Virus record (IMG/VR): IMGVR_UViG_3300032323_001214 | Location: 185,607 to 249,606 of that record | DNA length: 64,000 nucleotides | Strand: one strand, 5' to 3' | Shown: piece by piece, positions 30,958 through 40,424 of the stretch | Layout of the letters: every line of letters begins with the position of its first letter | Position numbering within the stretch: the first letter of the stretch is position 1 | The notes under the pieces: generated by a model | The model's input: only the letters and a program-made list of their open reading frames with translations | What the model was told of the DNA's origin: nothing | Database searches by the model: none | Translations under genes and position numbers: made by a program

Positions 30958-31883
30958 AGAATCAACTCTGGGTAGAAAAGTATCGTCCAGAAACAGTAGC
31001 AGACTATGTGTTTGTTGACGATAGGCAAAAGCAACAAGTAGAGGGTTGGATTAAGGATGAGTCTATCCCACACTTGCTATTATCAGGTGATCCGGGTACT
31101 GGTAAAACAACTCTTGCAAAAATACTAATTCATGAACTTGGTGTTGAAGAATATGATGTGCTAGAAATCAATGCTTCACGTGAGAATAGCGTTGACGTTG
31201 TTCGTAACAAGATTGTTAACTTTGTACAAACAATGCCCTTTGGTAACTTCAAAATTGTATTACTTGACGAAGCTGATTACTTGACACCAGCAGGTCAGGC
31301 TGCATTGCGTAATGATATGGAAGCATATCACATGACTGCACGATTCATCTTAACTTGTAACTATCAGCATAGAATCATTCCTGCATTGAAGTCACGATGC
31401 CATGAATTTCATATTACAAAAACAGATAAAACAGAGTTCACTGCGAGAGCGGCAACTGTGTTGGTAAATCAAAATGTTGATTTTGATTTAGATGTATTGG
31501 ATAATTATGTACGTGCTACATATCCAGACTTGCGTAAGTGTTTGAATCAATTGCAAGTTAATAGTAGCACTGGTAAACTTCTTGCACCACAAAGTGTGGG
31601 TTCTGGCGAAGATGAGATATTAGTTGAAGCGGTAAACTTATTCAAGAATGGTAAAATCCTTGAAGGAAGACAACAGTTAATGCAATATCTTGCACTTTAT
31701 CCTACACGCTTAGAAGATACCTATCGCTGGATGTATGAGAACTTAGATTTATGGGGAAGTACTCCTGAAAAGAGAGATGCTAGTATTATTATCATTCGTA
31801 ACGGAATGGCTAATCTAAGTCTTGTGGGAATTCCTGAGATTAGTTTGGCAGCAACTTTAGTAGAATTGACAAGTGAATTATGA
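30954..31883 (+). CDS. Clamp loader AAA+ subunit (gp44 / RFC-small-like)
   Basis: LWVEKYRP, GDPGTGKTT, EINAS, LLDEAD, ALKSRC. Confidence 0.95.
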   Translation: MKNQLWVEKYRPETVADYVFVDDRQKQQVEGWIKDESIPHLLLSGDPGTGKTTLAKILIHELGVEEYDVLEINASRENSVDVVRNKIVNFVQTMPFGNFKIVLLDEADYLTPAGQAALRNDMEAYHMTARFILTCNYQHRIIPALKSRCHEFHITKTDKTEFTARAATVLVNQNVDFDLDVLDNYVRATYPDLRKCLNQLQVNSSTGKLLAPQSVGSGEDEILVEAVNLFKNGKILEGRQQLMQYLALYPTRLEDTYRWMYENLDLWGSTPEKRDASIIIIRNGMANLSLVGIPEISLAATLVELTSEL

Positions 31884-32152
31884 GATATTTATTAATTACT
31901 TTTATGAGAAAGCCCGGGGGGCAGATTGATGAACAAGTTACTATTAGTAAACGTGTTAAAACCAGTGATTTACAAACAGTAAACGTGATCATAGACTACG
32001 CCAAAAAAACAGTTGACAAATGTGTCATTGAAGGTAAGGTAGTTGACACTGATTTTGATAGAATGAATGATTACTATAAAAAGATTTATCCTAATCTTAT
32101 TCAGCAATTAGAAAAAAATTCAACAATCGAAGCCAAAGCAAATGGGGCCTAA
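31880..32152 (+). CDS. Hypothetical protein
   Basis: 90-aa ORF, ATGA overlap. Confidence 0.65.
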   Translation: MRYLLITFMRKPGGQIDEQVTISKRVKTSDLQTVNVIIDYAKKTVDKCVIEGKVVDTDFDRMNDYYKKIYPNLIQQLEKNSTIEAKANGA

Positions 32153-32164
32153 GCCCCATTTTTT
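32141..32164. terminator. Bidirectional terminator between convergent genes
   Basis: AATGGGGC-CTAA-GCCCCATT-TTTT. Confidence 0.8.
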
Positions 32165-32975
32165 ATGCGTATAACTTAAGCACATGCTCAATGATTTTAT
32201 GTCGTTGAACATCTTTCAGTTCAAAGTAGCATAATTGCAACCCTGGGATCACCCCCTTCCTCAATCGATTTTGCAAGTCTAGTAGCCCATTGTCGGCTGT
32301 TTTTCTATCGGTTTGTTCAATGTCACCGGTAATTACAATCTTACTGTTGACTCCGATCCTAGTCATAATCATTTTGAGTTGACCGGGTGTTGCATTTTGT
32401 GCCTCATCTAATACTATCCAACTATTCTTAAAGTTTCTACCTCTACAGAATGCTAGGGGGGCAATTTCTACTATCTGTTCTTCTAGCATATGGGTAATCT
32501 CTGCTGTTGTATAATATTCACGTAGTACGTCCAGCAACGGTCTCGTCCATGGTTCCATTTTTTGATTAATGTCTCCTGGTAAGAATCCATGCTTTTCATC
32601 ATCCACTCCTACAGCAGGTCTAGTCAATATGATTCTATCACACTCCCCTGATCTCATAGCTTTAATTGCAGCCTGCATTGCTAGATAAGTTTTACCCGTA
32701 CCTGCAGGACCAGTGATTACCACAATATCAGTGGAATCATCAAGTAAGGCCATGATATATTTTTCTTGATTTAGGGATTTTGGAACAAGTTCAACAGGTC
32801 TTTTGTTTACCTTATGTTCCCGATGTGCTGAAAAATCTATTGTTTTTGACTCATGTGTGTAAAAAGTTTGTTCAGATTGTCTTTTTGTGTGTGAAAAACG
32901 TGTGTCTGGTGTACGTAATGCGCTAGTTTTTCTTTTGCTCAAGTTAATTCTCCTTTGTAGAGCGTGAGTGCTCAT
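32163..32975 (-). CDS. phoH: PhoH-family ATPase
   Basis: GPAGTGKTYLA, LTRPAV, GFLPGD, RGRNF, LDEAQN, TRIG..SK.VITGD..Q.D. Confidence 0.95.
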   Translation of the reverse strand: MSTHALQRRINLSKRKTSALRTPDTRFSHTKRQSEQTFYTHESKTIDFSAHREHKVNKRPVELVPKSLNQEKYIMALLDDSTDIVVITGPAGTGKTYLAMQAAIKAMRSGECDRIILTRPAVGVDDEKHGFLPGDINQKMEPWTRPLLDVLREYYTTAEITHMLEEQIVEIAPLAFCRGRNFKNSWIVLDEAQNATPGQLKMIMTRIGVNSKIVITGDIEQTDRKTADNGLLDLQNRLRKGVIPGLQLCYFELKDVQRHKIIEHVLKLYA

Positions 32976-33113
32976 AACACTCAGAGATATTTAAGGTGAA
33001 ATATACCCTATATAGTAGTAGAGTTATTATGTAATGTTTGTGCATAAATATTAGGCTCTGCTTATTATTTTTACAAACTACACAATCGTTTGTAAAATGA
33101 TAAATACTTTATC

Positions 33114-33719
33114 ATGGATATAAAAACAGCAGACAAATTTTTTCAAGACGTAGACTACGTTAGCATCATTGATACCGTTAAGGGTATTATGACTAGCGAT
33201 GGTTCTATGGCTACTTTACTTGATTACGAGCGTGTCCTAGACGAAGCAGATGTATATGCTTATAAGAACTGGGAATTAGGCGAACTCGTACAAGGACCAG
33301 ACGTAAAGAGATATACCGTATCATGTATCTTTATGTGGCCTTACAAACTAATGCCCGACCCTAGAGCTTGTAAAAGATTAGCTTCTATAGGATGCAAAAT
33401 TAAGTTTAAAAAAACTCACATCAAAGTACCAGTGGAAGTATTAGATTATGAAGATTTTGTTCCGGGCACACGTTATCCTAAGATGGCAAAAAGACACATA
33501 TGGCTTGTATACATTGAAATGCCTAAGGAATTAATGGATGAAATTCGTGAAGGTTCAATTGATTTAGCCGACCAAACTATTGACTTAGAAGAATTAAGTG
33601 ACTCATATGAAGAAGACTTAGATCAAGAAGATATCAAAGATGATGAATCTGCGGGAACAGATAATTCATCTGGTACAGGGTTAGGAGCCCCGGCATTAGG
33701 CACAACACCGGTAGCATAA
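33114..33719 (+). CDS. Hypothetical late protein
   Basis: 201-aa ORF 7 nt after GATAAATA (33099-33106). Confidence 0.7.
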   Translation: MDIKTADKFFQDVDYVSIIDTVKGIMTSDGSMATLLDYERVLDEADVYAYKNWELGELVQGPDVKRYTVSCIFMWPYKLMPDPRACKRLASIGCKIKFKKTHIKVPVEVLDYEDFVPGTRYPKMAKRHIWLVYIEMPKELMDEIREGSIDLADQTIDLEELSDSYEEDLDQEDIKDDESAGTDNSSGTGLGAPALGTTPVA

Positions 33720-33720
33720 T

Positions 33721-34263
33721 ATGACAAAGATACTTAATGAAGGTTTAGACTATCACGACTTAGAAGGACAAGTTGATCCAACTGTAACTGTGGATGAGTA
33801 TGCCGCGCACATGGGCAAAGATAGTGAAATTGTAACGTTGGCCTTTGTAACTCACAGTGAAGCTGCAGGTAATGATTTGGCTGATTGGTTCGAGCGTGGT
33901 TATGATTATGTACTTGATGCTGAAGTAAGCGACGGTGAAGTTAGCCCGGGAAAATATTTAGTATTTGTAGAAATGAATCGTAGAAGCACTGTACCTGAAA
34001 GAATTATTGAGCTTATTACTGATTTAGAAACGTTAACCGATTTACCACTCAAAGATTGGACAATCACTATTGATGATGAAGAATACGAAACCGATGAATC
34101 TATTCTAAAACAAAAAATCACTATAAGTCCGCACGAATATCGTAAAGACAAAGAAAAAGAAGAAGAATTAAATGAGATGCGAGAAATCGCAGGCTTATCA
34201 ACCAAACCTATTCATCAACAAGATGAGTATATAAGAAAAATAAAATCAATGGCAGGATTATAA
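33721..34263 (+). CDS. Hypothetical protein, possible head-associated (MTKILNEG leader)
   Basis: Acidic; N-terminal LNE; C-terminal I..MAGL. Confidence 0.65.
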   Translation: MTKILNEGLDYHDLEGQVDPTVTVDEYAAHMGKDSEIVTLAFVTHSEAAGNDLADWFERGYDYVLDAEVSDGEVSPGKYLVFVEMNRRSTVPERIIELITDLETLTDLPLKDWTITIDDEEYETDESILKQKITISPHEYRKDKEKEEELNEMREIAGLSTKPIHQQDEYIRKIKSMAGL

Positions 34264-34265
34264 GC

Positions 34266-34886
34266 ATGGCAACTATATTACCTAAGAAAGCTGGTTTCGA
34301 ACAACCAATGGCACTAGATGACGATCATCATGCGGTTTTAGCCGCAGACCCGTCGATACAACAATTCCCTCAGGGTAGTAATTATGGGAGTAACAATGGT
34401 TTCAACTCACCATCAAGCGGGTCTTCAGCATTTGGCTCATCTTCAGCAGGAGGATTCGGTTCATCCAGTTCATTTGGTTCATCAGGATCGTTCTCAAGTC
34501 CAAACTTCAATCAACAATCAAGTTCAGGATTTGGCAGCACACAAAACGTTAATCAATCAAGTGGAAGTCAACCAGTTCTCACAGGAGCAGCACCAACAAA
34601 TGCCGCAAGTGGGGCAGATGTATTAGTAGCCAATGACAACACAGATTGGATAAACAAAAAATGGCGTCCTGCAATGGGCTGGTTGTACATGATAACCTGC
34701 TTCTTTGATTTTGTAGTATTTCCTATTCTTTGGTCACTATTACAGGCAATGAGCAAAGGTACTGTCACAAGTCAATGGCAACCACTAACATTACAAGGTG
34801 CTGGTCTTTACCACATAGCTATGGGTGCAGTTCTTGGTATCGCCGCATATGGTCGTACTAAAGAAAAGATTGAGGGTAAGTCATAA
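34266..34886 (+). CDS. Holin-like membrane protein with Ser/Gly-rich N-terminus
   Basis: WRPAMGWLYM...DFVVFP and GAVLGIAAYGRT.EK, pattern of 3TM GTA-type holins. Confidence 0.6.
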   Translation: MATILPKKAGFEQPMALDDDHHAVLAADPSIQQFPQGSNYGSNNGFNSPSSGSSAFGSSSAGGFGSSSSFGSSGSFSSPNFNQQSSSGFGSTQNVNQSSGSQPVLTGAAPTNAASGADVLVANDNTDWINKKWRPAMGWLYMITCFFDFVVFPILWSLLQAMSKGTVTSQWQPLTLQGAGLYHIAMGAVLGIAAYGRTKEKIEGKS

Positions 34887-34887
34887 T

Positions 34888-34916
34888 TTGACAACTAACA
34901 CACAAAGTGTTATAAT
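34888..34916 (+). promoter_or_regulatory. Sigma70-type promoter
   Basis: TTGACA-17 nt-TATAAT with TG extension. Confidence 0.9.
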
Positions 34917-34922
34917 CATTGC

Positions 34923-35711
34923 ATGAACCATTATCAGACATTGGGGGTAGCTAAAAATGCTACCCCTGATGAAATCAAAAAAGCATATCGCAAATTAGCA
35001 AGTCAACATCACCCTGATAAAGGTGGAGACACCTCGACATTTCAAAAAATAGAAGAAGCATATCGTATTCTTTCTGACCCAAATCAACGTCAACAATACG
35101 ACAACCCTCAATCACAATTTCAAGGGTTCGGTGGTGATCCAAACTTTAACGGAGTTAATCTAGGGGACTTGTTCGCACAGATGTTTGGTCATGCAGGGCA
35201 TCCTCAACACAGGCCACAGCAACCCCATGTGTTTAGAACAGTGATACACATAACATTAGAACAAGCTTTTAATGGAGATACCCAAAATGTAAGACTACAA
35301 ACTCCAATGGGTACTCATGCAATAAATGTCAGTGTTCCCAAAGGTATACAGGATGGTGGACAAGTTCGGTATGAAAAGGTCATTGATGGAGCATCATTGA
35401 TGGTTGAATTCAGGATTCAACCGCATTTGAAATATGATAGAAAGCTTAATGATTTATATGCCAATCATTCTATTTCGGTATTGGATTTGATTGTAGGTAC
35501 TACTTTCGAATTTACTACATTATCTGGAAAAACCCTAGAGGTAAAAGTACCACCAAAAACGCAACCATTTATGCAATTAAAAATAGCAGGTCAAGGAATG
35601 CCTATTAATGGTACTACACAGTATGGAGACCAAATAATATTGCTAAAACCCTTCGTACCTGATATTATCAATACTGAAATAACTGAAAGCATTTTGCGTT
35701 CTAAACTATAA
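34923..35711 (+). CDS. dnaJ: DnaJ-class co-chaperone (J domain plus C-terminal domain, no Zn finger)
   Basis: Y.TLGV...A...EIKKAYRKLA..HHPDKGG; G/F region; G.GMP. Confidence 0.9.
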   Translation: MNHYQTLGVAKNATPDEIKKAYRKLASQHHPDKGGDTSTFQKIEEAYRILSDPNQRQQYDNPQSQFQGFGGDPNFNGVNLGDLFAQMFGHAGHPQHRPQQPHVFRTVIHITLEQAFNGDTQNVRLQTPMGTHAINVSVPKGIQDGGQVRYEKVIDGASLMVEFRIQPHLKYDRKLNDLYANHSISVLDLIVGTTFEFTTLSGKTLEVKVPPKTQPFMQLKIAGQGMPINGTTQYGDQIILLKPFVPDIINTEITESILRSKL

Positions 35712-35738
35712 TAAATATTTTTTTTACAAGGAAACAGC

Positions 35739-38006
35739 GTGAACAATTCACCCGAAATCGAAAGCATCATTGAAGAAGCCATTATTCAGGCAAAAGAGCG
35801 CAGACACCAGTATGTAACTATAGAGCATCTGTTACTGTCATTAATTACACATACTCCTTTCAAAAAATGTTTGGATGGTTTTGGTGCAGATACTGAAAAT
35901 TTAATTAAAGAAGTTGGTGCTTACCTAGATAGTCTACATGCAATTGTAGACAAAACATCTGAGGAAGTTCAACCAAGAAAAACTAATTCACTTGAGCGCA
36001 CAATGAATCGTAGCGTTACTCAGGTGTTGTTTACTGGGCGTAGACAAGTTACTACTATAGACCTGTATCTAAGTATTTCAAGCGAAGGTAATAGCCACGC
36101 ACATTACTATTTGCTAAAATATGGAATTAACAAATCTGAATTTGTTCAGCATTGGCAAAGACATTATAAGGGTGCAGAATTCACTGCTAAGTTATCTGAT
36201 AGCCAAGCTGACGAAATCCTCGAAGAATATACAACAAACTTAACACAACTTGCACGACAGGGCAAACTAGAACCGTTGATCGGTCGTAGTGTTGAAATTG
36301 ATGACATTGTTAATGTATTGGCTAAACGATTTAAGAGTAACGTATTGATGGTTGGTGATCCGGGCGTTGGTAAAACTGCTATTGCAGAAGGTATCGCACA
36401 AAAGATTGTCAATGCAGATGTACCTGAATTCTTAAATGACCATGAAGTCTATAGTCTTGAAGTAGGTGCTCTACTTGCAGGATCAAAATATCGCGGCGAC
36501 TTTGAAGAAAAAGTAAAACAAGTCATTGATGCATTGAATACCAAGAAGAAAGCTATCCTATTCATTGATGAAGCTCACACTATGCAGGGTGCAGGCTCTA
36601 GTAATACTGGTGGACCTGACTTTGCAAATATGATTAAGCCTGCAATTACTAAAGGTACATTGAAAGTTATCGCAAGTACAACTTGGGAAGAATTCTATGA
36701 GTCTTTTGAAAAGGATCGTGCATTGATGCGTAGATTCTATAAAATCTCTATTGATGAACCATCAAATGAAACTACTCAAAGAATCCTTAAAGGCTTGAGC
36801 ACACGTTTAAATGACTTCCATGACGTTAACATCACTGACGAAGCTATTGCATCTGCTGTAGAAAACGCTGCCCGTTACATTCACGATAGAAAGAATCCTG
36901 ATAAGAGTATTGATTTACTTGATGCAGCTTGTGCAAAGCAACGTGTTGCTGGTAATAAAGGAATAGACATTACTAAAGATTTGATCCATGAACAAGTAGA
37001 AAGATACACTGGTGTACCTGCTGACAAACTCAATGGTGATAATTTTTCTCGCATTAATGACCTTGAGTTGAACATCAAGGGGAAATTATATGGTCAAGAT
37101 GAAACAATTGAACAAGTTCTTGAAAGAGTATATGTAAGTTTTGCTGGGATTGGCAATGATAATAAGCCAACTGCTAGCTTTATCTTCTTGGGCCCAACAG
37201 GTACAGGTAAAACAGAATTGGCTAAGTTGTTGAGTAAGAACCTTGACATGCCATTGCTCAAGTACGACATGTCAGAATACGGTGAAAAGCATTCGGTGTC
37301 TAGCTTGATCGGTCCACCCCCTGGTTATGTTGGCTTCGGAGACAGTCAAGTTGGCGGTGGTAGATTGATTAGCGATTTGAGCAAGAATCCTCACAGTATC
37401 TTGTTGTTTGACGAAGTTGAAAAAGCACACCCTGATATCTTTAACATCTTCTTGCAAATGCTTGATGAAGGTCGCATTACAGGATCTAACGGAAAAGAAG
37501 TTAACTGTAAAAATACTATCATTATTATGACTAGTAATTTAGGTTCCAGTGATAGCGAAAGAAACAATATTGGTTTTGGTAATCAAGAAAAAACAGGTGA
37601 AGATGATAAAGCAATTAAAGAATTCTTCAAACCTGAATTCAGAAACCGTGTTGATTTAATTTGTAAATTCAAGAAACTTGATTTGTTGGCTATTAAAAAG
37701 ATTGTAGTCAAGTTCACTGAGGAACTTAAGAAAACACTGATGGACAAACATAATATTAGTTTGAACCTTACTGAGCCGGTAATAGAATACCTAGCTGAGA
37801 ATGGTTATGATAATAAAATGGGAGCACGTCCACTTGCTCGTAAAATTGATGAAATGATTCGAGTTCCTATCTCAAAGAAGATTCTTTTCGAACGCATAAA
37901 AAATGCAACTATCAATGTTACATTAGTAGACGATAAAATCGAGTTTAATTCGGTGCAAAAGCAAACAGCGAGAGTAGGCGAAGATGGGATTATTGAAATC
38001 AGTTGA
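35739..38006 (+). CDS. clpA: ClpA-like Clp ATPase (two AAA+ domains)
   Basis: GDPGVGKT, FIDEAH, GPTGTGKTE, DMSEY, PPGYVG, FDEVEKAH, IGF ClpP-docking loop, MGARP. Confidence 0.9.
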   Translation: MNNSPEIESIIEEAIIQAKERRHQYVTIEHLLLSLITHTPFKKCLDGFGADTENLIKEVGAYLDSLHAIVDKTSEEVQPRKTNSLERTMNRSVTQVLFTGRRQVTTIDLYLSISSEGNSHAHYYLLKYGINKSEFVQHWQRHYKGAEFTAKLSDSQADEILEEYTTNLTQLARQGKLEPLIGRSVEIDDIVNVLAKRFKSNVLMVGDPGVGKTAIAEGIAQKIVNADVPEFLNDHEVYSLEVGALLAGSKYRGDFEEKVKQVIDALNTKKKAILFIDEAHTMQGAGSSNTGGPDFANMIKPAITKGTLKVIASTTWEEFYESFEKDRALMRRFYKISIDEPSNETTQRILKGLSTRLNDFHDVNITDEAIASAVENAARYIHDRKNPDKSIDLLDAACAKQRVAGNKGIDITKDLIHEQVERYTGVPADKLNGDNFSRINDLELNIKGKLYGQDETIEQVLERVYVSFAGIGNDNKPTASFIFLGPTGTGKTELAKLLSKNLDMPLLKYDMSEYGEKHSVSSLIGPPPGYVGFGDSQVGGGRLISDLSKNPHSILLFDEVEKAHPDIFNIFLQMLDEGRITGSNGKEVNCKNTIIIMTSNLGSSDSERNNIGFGNQEKTGEDDKAIKEFFKPEFRNRVDLICKFKKLDLLAIKKIVVKFTEELKKTLMDKHNISLNLTEPVIEYLAENGYDNKMGARPLARKIDEMIRVPISKKILFERIKNATINVTLVDDKIEFNSVQKQTARVGEDGIIEIS

Positions 38007-38697
38007 TAATGTTCCCGGTATTGATTACTATGAATATCGGGACGAAGATTATTATAACAAGTACACTTTCAGAGTTCGTTTTACACTACCGGGAGCACGA
38101 TACACCTGGTATTGTAAAACCCCTGAAGACCTTGATAAACGTATTTCTTATTCTAATATTCGTCCTCAGGATAGAAATGTTGTGCTTACTAAACAGCAAA
38201 TCATCAAAAATTTTATTGCATGGAGAAACTTAAGGCGTAGGGAAAAAACTGCTACTATTCGTGTAGAACATAATACAGTAGCTGTTTTCAGCAATGATTT
38301 GCAAATGCTTAAGGATCTTGAAAAAATTGATCCTACATTAGAGTATGATTATACTCAGGTTCAGAAAGCAGAATATTCTGGTACAAAACATTTTGTCAAT
38401 GAACCTAAATATAAGTTTAGAATTTATTTGAAATCTAGGCGAGTAACTACTGATTTTGCTAAAGATTTATTGGATTTAATTAACAGAACTCCTGCATTAT
38501 ATCCTAGTGATGCTCTTAAAATTTGGTTGAAGGCAGCATCTAAACAAGGAAGTCAATCCAATTGGCGGTATCGTTACTGTAGTTCTAGTTATTCTATCAA
38601 CTATAATGACGAGTCTACTCTGAGTTATCTAGCATTAATGCATGGTGATATGCTTGGAAAACGTTATAAATTAGAAAAGCGTCCCGATCCTATCTAA
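37984..38697 (+). CDS. Hypothetical protein
   Basis: 237-aa ORF overlapping the clpA end. Confidence 0.7.
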   Translation: MGLLKSVDNVPGIDYYEYRDEDYYNKYTFRVRFTLPGARYTWYCKTPEDLDKRISYSNIRPQDRNVVLTKQQIIKNFIAWRNLRRREKTATIRVEHNTVAVFSNDLQMLKDLEKIDPTLEYDYTQVQKAEYSGTKHFVNEPKYKFRIYLKSRRVTTDFAKDLLDLINRTPALYPSDALKIWLKAASKQGSQSNWRYRYCSSSYSINYNDESTLSYLALMHGDMLGKRYKLEKRPDPI

Positions 38698-38710
38698 AAT
38701 GATAAATGCT

Positions 38711-38780
38711 GATAAATAAGTGTGAGTCGCGGCGCTACCAACGCCCACTCACTCTAATGCTACAAGGAGCAATCAGCATG
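38711..38780 (+). ncRNA. Candidate structured leader RNA, copy B
   Basis: GTGAGT/ACTCAC stem, CGC/C loop, GGCG/CGCC inner stem, TCTAA, TGCT/AGCA hairpin over the SD; covaries with 14777-14848. Confidence 0.6.
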
Positions 38781-39311
38781 AATATTTATAACAAATCTAA
38801 TCCTCCCTCAGGATTCTACGTATATGCCTACATAAGAGAAGATGGTACACCATACTATATCGGTAAAGGTATAGGTGATAGAGCATGGTATAAGTCGCCC
38901 ACTGAAATAGGCAAGCCTGCGGACCACAGCCGAATTATAATTATTGAGCAAAATCTTACTGAGTTAGGGTCATTAGCCATAGAACGCCAATTAATACGAT
39001 GGTATGGACGTAAAGATTTGGATACAGGAATACTACGAAATCTAACTGACGGTGGTGATGGAACTAGTGGGAACAAAAGAAGTGTTGAAACAATAGAAAA
39101 AATGAGAAGATCAATGCTTGGAAAAAATACCGGACCCCAATCATTGGAACATAAAACTAATGCCGCAAATGCCAGACGAGGTGTAAAACAAAGCCAAAAA
39201 CACATCCAAGCGAGGGTCAATGCTTGTAAAGGTAAACCCAGATCAGATGAAGTAAAGCTAAAAATTAGTATGAGTAAGACCGGTGTAAAAAGAAGCCAAA
39301 CTATGAAATAA
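38778..39311 (+). CDS. GIY-YIG homing endonuclease (paralogue of 19391-19954)
   Basis: FYVYAYIREDGTPYYIGKG ... WYGRKDL.TGIL.N.TDGGDG; NUMOD3-like repeats. Confidence 0.85.
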   Translation: MNIYNKSNPPSGFYVYAYIREDGTPYYIGKGIGDRAWYKSPTEIGKPADHSRIIIIEQNLTELGSLAIERQLIRWYGRKDLDTGILRNLTDGGDGTSGNKRSVETIEKMRRSMLGKNTGPQSLEHKTNAANARRGVKQSQKHIQARVNACKGKPRSDEVKLKISMSKTGVKRSQTMK

Positions 39312-39341
39312 TTAGATAAATACATTATCTAAGGAAATAAA

Positions 39342-39506
39342 ATGGCTAAAATCATTTCAGAAAATATAGTAATAACATTCAGTAAAATCGTCAAAGATAG
39401 CGAAGAAGGTAGTTCTGTCGCTTCCGCCGACGTTCAGGCAGCTTTAGAACAAGTAGCACAAGAATTAGTAGGTGATACAGTAGTTGTTGAGGTTGTTAAA
39501 GCATGA
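39342..39506 (+). CDS. 54-aa hypothetical protein (not in ORF track)
   Basis: AAGGA SD, late box 39315-39322, MAKIISENIVITFSKIVK...VEVVKA; ATGA overlap with next gene. Confidence 0.75.
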   Translation: MAKIISENIVITFSKIVKDSEEGSSVASADVQAALEQVAQELVGDTVVVEVVKA

Positions 39507-39889
39507 GCCAAACTACAACATTAATACTATTGCCACAGACCACATATGATGGTGGTTCAAACAGTAATGTATATACAGTTACTGGTAATAGTCAGCCGGC
39601 TGCCGCATATTACTTAGGTAATAAAGGTTTGCAAACTGTTAATATTAATTTAACAGAAGTTACTGGTAACATTGAGATTGAAGCAAGTTTAGCAACTACG
39701 CCTAGCAATAGTGATTGGTTTAAGGTATATGAATTAGTAGCCAATGTAAATGCTCCTGCAAACTCTGCTCCTTTGATTGCAAGCAATGCAAGTATATATA
39801 CCAATATAGAAGGCAATTTTGTTTATATAAGAGCAAAAGTTAAAGATTTTGGTCATGGTATTGTTAATTTTGTAAAGTTAAGTTATTAA
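39503..39889 (+). CDS. Beta-rich structural protein (hypothetical)
   Basis: G.I.IEASL...P...DWF and GNFVYIRA jelly-roll-like pattern. Confidence 0.6.
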   Translation: MSQTTTLILLPQTTYDGGSNSNVYTVTGNSQPAAAYYLGNKGLQTVNINLTEVTGNIEIEASLATTPSNSDWFKVYELVANVNAPANSAPLIASNASIYTNIEGNFVYIRAKVKDFGHGIVNFVKLSY

Positions 39890-39901
39890 GAGGAAAATAA
39901 A

Positions 39902-40423
39902 ATGAGTCCGGATCTTTTTAGAAAATATATAGATATTATAAATGAAAATGCAGTAGACATTACTCAAATTGCTAGTCAGTTAAAATTCTTACCAACAAAA
40001 AAGCAACCAAAGCAATATAAATTTGTTAAAGATGGGGTTCCTGGTAAAATGCCAGCAATGACTTATACTGTTTCAGCACAAGAACAACCTGTAGTTACTA
40101 TTACTAGTGATGGTAAAGAAACACAGAACGTTGCGGCTACAAACGATATTATTATGTCAGGGCCTAGTAGAGAAAATTATGTAGTTAAGGGTGCTAAATT
40201 TCCTAAACTATATGATGGTAATATGGGTGGTGTAGTCATTCCGGAACAAAGTCCTCGACTGGTAGCATTGTATACGGGTCAACAACCTATTACGTTTACT
40301 GCTCCTTGGGGAGAAAGTATGATAATGAAGCCAGGTGATTATTTAGTTAAAGACGGGGATGCTGGTTATTATCGTGTAGCAAAAGCTGAATACGAACAAA
40401 CCTACAATCCTCCGGGAAAATAA
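39902..40423 (+). CDS. PGDYG-like protein with IINE leader
   Basis: T..G.E, APWGE.M..KPGDYLV, F/Y..TY motifs. Confidence 0.6.
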   Translation: MSPDLFRKYIDIINENAVDITQIASQLKFLPTKKQPKQYKFVKDGVPGKMPAMTYTVSAQEQPVVTITSDGKETQNVAATNDIIMSGPSRENYVVKGAKFPKLYDGNMGGVVIPEQSPRLVALYTGQQPITFTAPWGESMIMKPGDYLVKDGDAGYYRVAKAEYEQTYNPPGK

Positions 40424-40424
40424 A

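Noticed and set aside
38706-38777. N-terminal extension of the GIY-YIG ORF given in the track (likewise 14825-14845 for HNH)
   Set aside because: These stretches are the structured leader; the SD position supports the downstream ATGs at 38778 and 14846.
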